From Oculina patagonica (taxonomy: Eukaryota): a stretch of 64,000 nt of DNA. The stretch is from positions 23,746,001 to 23,810,000 of the forward strand of contig NC_135763.1 in NCBI RefSeq assembly GCF_052425735.1, in the 5' to 3' direction. The translations under genes and the position numbers were made by a program. Below the pieces are notes generated by a model that made no database searches, was not told where the DNA came from, and worked only from the letters and a program-made list of their open reading frames with translations. The first letter of the stretch is position 1. Each line of letters opens with the position of its first letter. Of the stretch, positions 1 through 8,415 are shown one piece after another.

Positions 1-38
1 ATGAGAAATTCATTCAACATTATTTCAGAAATATATAA
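1..38 (+). CDS. C-terminal end of an upstream Polinton ORF (..EKFIQHYFRNI*), possibly the adenain-like cysteine protease
   Basis: Open frame ending TAA at 36-38 just before the next ORF; protease identity is only a recollected resemblance of the tail. Confidence 0.3.
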   Translation, partial: EKFIQHYFRNI

Positions 39-50
39 CTTATATATATA

Positions 51-494
51 ATGGTTAAATCGTATTGTGTACGTGAAAAAATAAAAACTAATTCAGTTCC
101 TAATTCTGAAAAATATATGAGAACAAAAAACAATCGTTTAATACTCAAATCGAAATGCGTTTCTTGTGGTATTACTAAAACCCGTTTTGTTAGTGAGAAA
201 AAAGGGCGTGGAGTAGGTGAAACGATTAACAAAAAGGTCGGCGAAAAGATTCCAGGGTTTCAACAGGCTCAAGACTTAGCATCGGCTATCATGGCAGTTA
301 CCGGAGGTGATAAAGATCTATTTAAAAAATATTGGCGCGGTGACTTTGCTAAAGGTATATTTAATAAAAAAAGCGGAATTCAGACATCTAATTTTTGGAA
401 GCCTGCTGGTGCATATACAAATGAAAAATTTAATCCATCATGTAATTACACAGAATATAAAAACGGCAAATGGGTTAATCATTATTGTGATTAA
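51..494 (+). CDS. Polinton protein with N-terminal Zn-ribbon-like (DUF5679-like) domain, 147 aa
   Basis: YCVxE..KT...KNNRLILKSKCVSCGITKTRFV, paralogous to the N-terminus of ORF 514-1056; ATG preceded by TATATATATA. Confidence 0.7.
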   Translation: MVKSYCVREKIKTNSVPNSEKYMRTKNNRLILKSKCVSCGITKTRFVSEKKGRGVGETINKKVGEKIPGFQQAQDLASAIMAVTGGDKDLFKKYWRGDFAKGIFNKKSGIQTSNFWKPAGAYTNEKFNPSCNYTEYKNGKWVNHYCD

Positions 495-513
495 TATCTA
501 ACATATAATATAT

Positions 514-1056
514 ATGTGCCTGTCATACTGCGTTTCATGTAATAAAAAAACAAATTCAATCAATACTAAAAAAGTAAAAGCAAAGAATGGCCGACTTATG
601 GAAAAATCAATTTGCTCAATCTGTAAAAACAAAAAGAGTAAATTCATCAAAGGTGAAGGTATCGATATCCATAAAGCTATTTTAAAAGTAGCACCAAAAA
701 AGGGTTTTGTAATGCCTGGTCATCGTTATACAGGTCCTGGTAATCCTTTAGAGAAACAGGTAAAGTGGGATCAAAAAACAGGTAAAATACTGGAGATATA
801 TGAAAAACCAACAGGAAAAACGGACGCCGTGAGCATGCAACATGACGTGGATTACTCAGTATGTGCAAACAAACCATCAAAAAATCAGGTTAAATGCAAA
901 AACGAAGCTGATAAAAAGATGGTAAAAGCCCTTGATGCTATCCCATGGAAAGACAGACAATGGGGTCATGCTATTGCAAGGAACACTATTGCTACCAAGG
1001 CTAAAGTAGGTATGGGTGTAAAACAAAAGAAGACAAAAAACGGAAAACGGCGTTGA
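514..1056 (+). CDS. Polinton Zn-ribbon (DUF5679-like) + parvovirus VP1-type phospholipase A2 domain protein (PLA2X-like), 180 aa
   Basis: YCVSC...CSIC N-terminus; MPGHRYTGPGN Ca-binding loop and DAVSMQHDVDY (HDxxY) catalytic motif. Confidence 0.88.
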   Translation: MCLSYCVSCNKKTNSINTKKVKAKNGRLMEKSICSICKNKKSKFIKGEGIDIHKAILKVAPKKGFVMPGHRYTGPGNPLEKQVKWDQKTGKILEIYEKPTGKTDAVSMQHDVDYSVCANKPSKNQVKCKNEADKKMVKALDAIPWKDRQWGHAIARNTIATKAKVGMGVKQKKTKNGKRR

Positions 1057-1107
1057 GTAAAAATGATTGGTCTCAACAATTAGCCGATGAGTTACATAAA
1101 CCAATCA
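1035..1107 (+). promoter_or_regulatory. Candidate -1 programmed ribosomal frameshift signal: slippery A_AAA_AAC + 6-nt spacer + H-type pseudoknot
   Basis: Heptamer 1035-1041 in the PLA2 frame; stem 1 CGGC-GTTGAG (1048-1057) with CTCAAC (1072-1077) and GCCG (1083-1086); stem 2 TGATTGGT (1064-1071) with ACCAATCA (1100-1107). Confidence 0.78.
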
Positions 1108-2003
1108 GACGAAAATTTAAAACTAGAAGAGTAATATCAAATGGAATTGACGACATATGGTCTGCTGATTTAGTTTTTATGGATAAACTTTCAAAATGGA
1201 ATAAAGGTTATAAATATCTATTGACTATAATTGACGTATTCAGTAAATTCGCTTGGGCTATACAATTGAAAGATAAGAAAGGTACATCAATAACTAACGC
1301 ATTCAACAATATTGTCATTAATGACAAACGTAAACCTGAATTTCTCTGGGTCGATCAGGGATCTGAATTTTATAACAAAACATTCAAGGAATGGCTAAAG
1401 CAAAATGATATTAACATGTATTCCACTTTTAATGAAGGTAAAGCTGTTGTTATTGAGAGATTTAATAGAACTTTGAAAAATAAAATGTACAAACAGTTTA
1501 CTATTCAAGGTAACACACAGTATCTTGAAATGCTACCCATACTGGTAAAAGAATACAATAATACAAAACACAGTTCAATAAAGATGACACCAACAGAAGC
1601 TTCAAAGGAAAAGAATCAAGGAATTGTATATCTTAACCTATACGGTGATATGGAGCCATTATCAGCAAAACCCAAATTTAAGGTTGGTGATAAGGTCCGA
1701 ATATCTAAGTATAAACGAATTGTTTTCGATAAGGGTTATACACCAAATTGGAGTGAAGAAATGTTCGTAATTACTAAGATCCAACATACTAATCCCATTA
1801 CATACAAAATAAAAGATTTGAATGATGAAGAAATAAAAGGTAGCTTTTATGAACCTGAATTATTAAAAGCAAAACAGGATGTATTCAGAATTGATAAAGT
1901 GATCCGTAGAGATTATAAGAAGAAACAAGCTTTAGTTAAGTGGAAAGGATACAGTGATGACTTCAACAGTTGGATTCCAATCAAGGATTTGAAAGATATA
2001 TAA
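1041..2003 (+). CDS. Polinton retroviral-like DDE integrase with C-terminal chromodomain; probably expressed by -1 frameshift from the PLA2 ORF
   Basis: IWSADL / LWVDQGSEF / VVIERFNRTLK catalytic motifs; KFKVGDKVRIS..KGYTPNWSEE; chromodomain ALVKWKGYSDDFNSWIP. Frame is open from 1005 but has no ATG before the first catalytic Asp; the ORF-track start at 1053 is TTG. Confidence 0.93.
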   Translation, partial: RKTALSKNDWSQQLADELHKPIRRKFKTRRVISNGIDDIWSADLVFMDKLSKWNKGYKYLLTIIDVFSKFAWAIQLKDKKGTSITNAFNNIVINDKRKPEFLWVDQGSEFYNKTFKEWLKQNDINMYSTFNEGKAVVIERFNRTLKNKMYKQFTIQGNTQYLEMLPILVKEYNNTKHSSIKMTPTEASKEKNQGIVYLNLYGDMEPLSAKPKFKVGDKVRISKYKRIVFDKGYTPNWSEEMFVITKIQHTNPITYKIKDLNDEEIKGSFYEPELLKAKQDVFRIDKVIRRDYKKKQALVKWKGYSDDFNSWIPIKDLKDI

Positions 2004-2146
2004 ACAATTTTTAATTTTATTTATGGAGTATATGTTAAGAGTGCCTTAAAATCAATTATCAAGTATTACACATGCAAATAAAAATATTAAGTATAATATT
2101 TTTATAAATCAGTATTTGATTACAAAAAATATTTTAGGACATACAT

Positions 2147-2506
2147 TCATTTTAAAAAAACATTGAATTTATCAACAACTAATTTTTCATCTAATTGATT
2201 TTCATTATAAAAAAAGGTATCAATATTTATAATACTACAGCCGTTATCAAAAAGCATTTCGACAATATCTAAATTAAACAAATTTGATATTACGTAATTA
2301 GTATCTTTATAATTATCAAAATATGCTTCAATATAATCGGCCCATGGGTTAGCCCCGCCATCCATAACAATTACACTGTTTGGCTGATTAAATACCATGT
2401 GCTTGAAATTAAATTCATCTTCTAAGATTTTAGCAATTATTTTAATATCATTCGATCTATTATTTTTATCCGAGGTTAAACCGATTATAAATCTTTTATT
2501 ATTCAT
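2147..2506 (-). CDS. Polinton ORF, 119 aa, resembling a degenerate nucleoside-monophosphate-kinase fold
   Basis: FIIGLTS...IAKILEDEFNF...W...NYVISNL...VEMLFDNGCSIINID pattern echoes phage dNMP kinases, but the P-loop is lost; ATG preceded by TATATAT. Confidence 0.5.
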   Translation of the reverse strand: MNNKRFIIGLTSDKNNRSNDIKIIAKILEDEFNFKHMVFNQPNSVIVMDGGANPWADYIEAYFDNYKDTNYVISNLFNLDIVEMLFDNGCSIINIDTFFYNENQLDEKLVVDKFNVFLK

Positions 2507-2610
2507 ATATATATTACAAAGAGATTTTATTTTTATATGTGTTTTTTCCTTAAACGCACTATTAATGATATAAGAAATTAATATATTGTGTCATTAATAT
2601 ATAACAATTG

Positions 2611-2805
2611 ATGTTTTGGAATGATAATATTGTTAATGGCCGATACCAGAGATGGTTTACCAAAGAAGACAAAATGAAAGCTATAAGGCGCACAAAAGCC
2701 CGTTATATGCGAAATACACGATGGTTTTGTGAGCAATGTAAAAAAGAGTACAGTCTGGGTAGCAAGTGGACCCATATAAGACAATCCCATTCGAACGCAG
2801 TATAA
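2611..2805 (+). CDS. Small basic protein with a C2H2-like zinc finger (Polinton accessory ORF)
   Basis: WFCEQCKKEYSLGSKWTHIRQSH motif after a basic helix; ATG at 2611. Confidence 0.55.
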   Translation: MFWNDNIVNGRYQRWFTKEDKMKAIRRTKARYMRNTRWFCEQCKKEYSLGSKWTHIRQSHSNAV

Positions 2806-3263
2806 AAAAAGTTTAAAAAAGAGTATAAGAAGTTTTTTTTATTTTGAACCTAGGGTTGAGTTAGGGTTGGTTTTTCAGGCTTGGTTTTACAGGCTTGATT
2901 CCATAAATGAGGATTGCCATCGAAGCAAAGCTTCTCTTCCCACCAAGCAATCCTAGATTTGGCCGTTTTTTCCATCCCCGGCTCGGCTTCGCCTCACTGC
3001 CGAAAAAACTAAATCTGCTTCGCTCGGATCTCAGGGGTTCAAATATTTACATAAGGAGCAAATATAATTCTAAAAGAATTATATTTGATCATAAGTTTCT
3101 ATAACCATTAAATAAAATTTAATGCTTATGAAACGCTTCGCTTGGTTACCAGGATTGGTTTCCATTTTTGTTTTCCATTTTTTGTTTTCCGCATTTGATC
3201 CCAATATTTGATTCCAATATTTGAATCCATTTTTGGCCCCATATTTTTGGAACCAGCACTGGT

Positions 3264-3328
3264 AGTAGTGATGTACTACATCTCTAGGGCAAAAAATTTT
3301 TTGCCCTAGAGTGTAGTACATTACTACT
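3264..3328. repeat. 65-bp terminal palindrome at the Polinton end
   Basis: AGTAGTGATGTACTACATCTCTAGGGCAAAAAA / TTTTTTGCCCTAGAGTGTAGTACATTACTACT; one mismatch and one bulge. Confidence 0.9.
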
Positions 3329-3388
3329 GCTGTCCAAGTTTGAAGTAGATGCGGTAATCTGACACGAGTATTTCAGAGATAGAAAGGC

Positions 3389-3742
3389 TGAGCTCCCGTT
3401 AATTGAATACGAAATATGTGCTAAGACTACCATAAGTTAATGGTTACAAAATAGCGACCTTCAGATTGGACTACGAGTACGAGATTGAGTACGAGTACGA
3501 GTTTTCAAACCAAATTCGTGTGCCTCCTATAATCACTTATCACACCAATCTTATCCCTAACGTTTCAGTTTATGTGTTAGTCTGCAACAGGGACGAGTTA
3601 TAGTTTGGGGGATACAATTGTGTCGAAATTCCAAAGTCGTACTCGATCTCGTACTCGTAGTCAAATCTGAAGGGCGCTGTTTTGTAACCATCAACTTATG
3701 GTAGCCTTAGCACATATTTCGTATTCAATTGACGGGAGCTCA
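3389..3742. mobile_element. Foldback/MITE with ~100-bp terminal inverted repeats (possibly nested; inner element 3451-3679)
   Basis: TGAGCTCCCGTTAATTGAATACGAAATATGTGCTAAG...TACGAGTACGAGAT mirrored by ATCTCGTACTCGTA...CTTAGCACATATTTCGTATTCAATTGACGGGAGCTCA. Confidence 0.8.
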
Positions 3743-5584
3743 TGGGGTGTAGAGGTTACACCTGGTTGCCCTGGCTTTAATTACCCATCACTTCCACTAT
3801 CAAGGCAATGACATTTATTAGGAGAAAATGTTGTCCACACTCTATTCCCTTATTTGCATTATCACTTTCTGTGCAAAAATCGCTCCAGTTTATATAAAAA
3901 AAGACCAAAATTGAACACGACACACGAATAATAATTCTCTGTTTCAGTACATCATCTCCAGCAAATAAGCAGAACTCTAGGTATGTTGCTCCTATATTCC
4001 GTTCAGTACAGATTATCGGCTTAGAGACCATTAGCTATTAGTAAAATGACCGAAAAACAGAAGATAACAACTCCAGTTGTCCGTTTTAGAAAGGTATCCG
4101 CTAAGAAAGAGTCTAATATATCACGAATGTTTGCCCGACCGAGTAATTTAACAATTATCCTGTGAGATTGCGAGATTGATATTAGCCGCCGTCGCGGCCG
4201 AGGCCGTGTTGGTCAAAACAGAGGATAAGGTAAGCATTCAACTTTCTGCATTCCTGCAATTATTAGGACAGTTCTTATACCGATATCACTAATGGAAATG
4301 ACAGTTATCGAGCGCATCGTGACCATTTTTGGTCATGTGTAATGTTACAGTGATAACAATTTGTATATTTGATGCTGAGAGCAATGAAAGCTTGAAACTG
4401 AAAGAATTTTTGCAATGTTACGAAATGTGCCTTCTCGACAGTTTGTTATCTTTCTAGCAGTAGGCCAGATAATGTCAACAGAAACGTTAAGAGAATTTCA
4501 AAGAATTAACGCATAGATCAGGTTGAATTTTTTGTTCAATTGTTGATTCTTGTACAATAATATTGAAAACAAGCGATAAGAGTTCTTTAACTCTGTTGAT
4601 AAATGTTTCAAATTGTTTCCATTCAAGGGAAATATTCGCCTGAAATTAAGATACGCCTGTAAAATAACGAAATAAATATAGGTATAGCACCACTGACATC
4701 AGTATTTCTTTCCTCTGTATATTTTTAACTTGTTTAATTCACAGTCCGTCAGAGTAAACATGTTTTTTTTGGTGCTTAAAGGAAGTGGAAATTAACTACG
4801 CCGTAAACATGTACCGTGATCATAGCGTACAAGAAGGTAATATCAAGGAACAGAAAGACGTGCTGTTTCCCATGATTGTTTCCATAGCAAACATGAAAAA
4901 CATGTTGACGTTGCTTTTGTGTTACATTTTTCGAGTTCGAACTTGACCTGAGTGTTTTTTCCGTGGCAAACCATCATTTTTTGTTAGAATTGATAACAAG
5001 TTTTAAGCTGTGCACAATATTTGTTTTGTTGACTCTGCCGTTAATGGCAAACAATTTTTTCGCGCCAATTTTTTCTTTCCTTTTTCCGAGGCGGAAATGC
5101 GTATTAATTTTCTTTTACAAGTTAACAACCTCTTACGAACATTCCCCACTTAGAGGTAGACATTGCAACGATGACTTACAGAATTCATGGGAGAAAAGAC
5201 ATATTATTGGCAGCCACGGGTTCGGCAAAATTGAGCTTCAGTGTTTTAAAGAAAGGGGATCAGATTACCATAGCTTTCAAGATTCTCAAAACATGATATG
5301 ATTATGTCCGAAATGACTATTTGTTTTTCTGTGTTAATCCTTACAATTTGTCTCTTATTATACCTTTTGGTACCTTAGGTCAAAAATAACTTAAGTTTCG
5401 AGGCAAATGCAAGCACAGCGGACATTTTTTTCGTGCGATTACCAATAAACTTGTGGTTGTCTTGATTCAAAACTCTTCTTTTGCTAAATGATCTGAAAAC
5501 GTTTCTTTTCTTTTAAGAAGTTAGGTCCCATTTCACGTCAGGCACGCTTGCAGTTAACACAATAAATATCGAAGATTTCCTAGA

Positions 5585-5670
5585 AGCGGCGTGGCCTAGT
5601 GGTAGGGCGCTGTACTTGCAATCCAGAGGCCCCAGGTTCAAATCCACCTCCTTGCCACTAAATGGATTTT
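5585..5670 (+). mobile_element. tRNA-derived SINE head
   Basis: A box TGGCCTAGTGG, B box GGTTCAAATCC; no proper acceptor stem. Confidence 0.65.
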
Positions 5671-8415
5671 TTTTTTTTTCAAACAAGGACAAGCTGAAAT
5701 CTCCTCCCTCTTCTTAGTGGACAGCAAGTATGGAATTTATTGTGCATTGAACTTGATTGAAATAAGACACAAATCATTTTATTTAAAATTCCTAAAAATG
5801 AACCACAAGCCCTCAAAATGAACCGCAAGTGTTAACTTATTATATAAGCAATACCTATACTGGTTTAAATGTTTGCATACAAGATGTGAATTTTCTTTAC
5901 CCTTTCGTGTAATAACTTGGAAACCCAAAGTGTACCACTTAAGGCCTACTTGCCTCGCCAATATAATTATGTAATATATTCACGGAAGGCTCGCAGATGC
6001 AGATTTAACCATGCTTTTGTTTTTATCGTTTGGTGAATTTCTCGTACTCTCTCGACGTTTTACAGCCGAAGATGTACACCTTGACTGGTTAAAGTAGTAA
6101 AAGCTACAGTCTCCTTGCTTGAAAAGAAAAAATGAAATTTGAATTAAATGCCGCCAGGTTTGTTGACGAAGTGAAATTGATGTTTATACAACTCCGCTCC
6201 ACAGACTGTTTAATTTGGCTGGTGACTGCATCAATTGCCTTTTATTCTGGCTTACAATTGCTTTCTTTTCTTATTTTGTCGGCAATTTGTGCCGAATCAA
6301 TCACCTTAGGAAGGAGTTTAGGATGAATAATGCTTCTATGAAGAAAGTGAACCAGGAAAATGTTAGTTTGGCGGTGTGATTAAATTCGGGCCATTTTAGT
6401 CGTGTGGCGACGCACAATCTTGATGTGTTCACTCAGTTGTGGCGTTCATAAATGTTCGTCTTCCTTTAGGGTGACTTCATAACTTTTCGCCCTGAGTTGG
6501 CCCTAAGTGGGGGTATTTAACAAGTCTTTTTAGTCCCTTTATTTTGTCGTTATTTTTTCCCTTATTTTGTGATTTAATCGTTTCGCTGTTGTATTTTCTA
6601 GCTTTCCATTAAAAGGAAAATTGCAAGTCTGCCCTACTGAATGCTTCAAATCATTCTTTACTCGTAACTCTTCTTTGTTTTAGTTTGTTGTGTGTGAAAA
6701 TAACAACGGCCTATTTCCAAAGATTTCTGATCTGTACATAAAAAGCGACTGCCATGATTTGTCCAGTTTTAAACGGAAATTTCCTTATTGTCGGTCATTT
6801 GTCACCAAATGATTAAGTTCCCTACAAGATGACTTAAAATCTTACTAAAAGGCTTTCAGTTAGTAACAATGTTCTACCAACAGTGGTTATATACATACTT
6901 GCAAAGAAAATTGTTCTAGTAAACAAAACGACACTTGCATTTGTGATGCATTGGCAATGAAAAAGATATCGCATGTCGTTATCAGTGCAAATTTTTCCTT
7001 TTCTTCAGTATAGACATCTTCAGTTAAGAACACTGTATTTTAATGTACATTACGCTTTTAGTGATATGGCAGAAATCCTTTAAAAAAGAAACATCGATAT
7101 GGTCATGTACGTATAGGATTAATTGTTATTCTCATGGCTCCAGAACTACTCAAGGACAGTCCAAAATAGTAGAATGAATTTCATGAGTCATTGCTTCCGT
7201 AAACTTCTCTATACTATAAGGTTTCCAGATTTTTCTACAAATATCCAAAGGGGATACTATATTAGTGCAATCTTTAAAGGTTTCCGAGAGAACTAGTTTG
7301 AAGCGAATTTCTTTTTAAATCAACAATATCATGACAACTGACTACGTGGAGCTTACCGTTGCCTTAACAATTTTAAATTTTTAACCTAAAATACTGAAAT
7401 AAGTCACTTTTATTATTTTTATGTATTTGCCTAGCAACACAAAAATAAACAGTGTATATGATGAAAGGAAGTGATAGGCATTTACATAGTAAGTTGTTTT
7501 TTTTTTCCTTGGATACAAAGCGGCGAGTTCGAAAACATCACGAATGGGCATGTGGGCATTTCCAAAAGCGGATCTGTGTCAACTTTGATGTTGCTGACAG
7601 CTGAAGAACCCTTGACGGCGGTACTTGTTTAATATCACACATAAAAGCTTAACAAATATTGTTATTAAAATAGACCCTGGGAATTAAATTAAGAAATGTG
7701 TTGCCTGTCGTTATTGCGTGTACTAGGAAGGTCGGAAAACCTTATATAATGCCTAACACGTGGAAGGAAAAAGCTCCTGTATCACCTGTATCAGTGTTTG
7801 TGGCACATTTTTGAGGTTAGAGATAAGGAAGACATTATTTACTTTAACCATGGCCACCATAATCGATAACTTGAGTGGTATTCTAAATCCATTAAGATGT
7901 AAGGGATAACAACAAGTAATTTGCCATTTCCTTGGTAACGAATAAAAAGTATTTTAACGATGTGTACTATATTGTTTAATCAAAACTGTTTACCCGAGTG
8001 CGCTTCCATGGAAACAAGACAGAAGGCTAATATTGGAAACGCCGTCTTTACGACACTGAATGAATTAAATCGTGTTCAAGTTTTAATATACCAAAGATAC
8101 CGACCGAATTGCGTAGCGATTCATTTGAGGCACTACTTTTTGCCTATATTTCTTCTAAAAGTAACAGCTGCTTTCTGTTCAAGTGTTTCTAAAATGAAAA
8201 CGGTTTCGCAATATCCAAGCTTCTCATCTGATTTTAGAAATGTTCGATAACATTCTCCCGCCTATCTTAACAAACATAGCAATATCTCAAGTACCAGAGA
8301 AATATCAGTATTTTGCACTTAATACAAGACGTCCATAAAAGCCAATGTAAACTGCGAAGAAACCATTAGCCTGTTACAACGAGCAGAGAGAACATTGCCG
8401 AAGAGCTGAAGAGAA

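Larger units (their letters stand above)
1..3328 (+). mobile_element. Right end of an integrated Polinton/Maverick (adintovirus-like) element; left part lies outside the window
   Basis: Intronless, densely packed AT-rich ORFs including a retroviral-like integrase with chromodomain and a parvovirus-like PLA2; ends in ACTACT (3323-3328), the complement of the typical 5'-AGTAGT Polinton terminus; host-type sequence follows (candidate 6-bp TSD GCTGTC 3329-3334, unverifiable here). Confidence 0.9.

Noticed and set aside
1053-1056. TTG start or stop-restart coupling (TTGA overlap) as the integrase initiation mechanism
   Set aside because: Not excluded, but UUG initiation is inefficient in animals, and the phased slippery heptamer plus pseudoknot explains the overlap better
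2907-3321. Short ORFs in the Polinton terminal region
   Set aside because: Lie in low-complexity terminal repeat sequence with no recognisable motifs
3890-4240. TATA-like sequence and splice-like signals (ttcag 3942-3946, ag|gtatg 3980, ag|gtaagc 4229)
   Set aside because: No coherent reading frame or link to a downstream gene could be established
5585-5670. Possible tRNA genes (also 59560-59635)
   Set aside because: A/B boxes present but no complete cloverleaf, and the sequence continues into SINE-like tails
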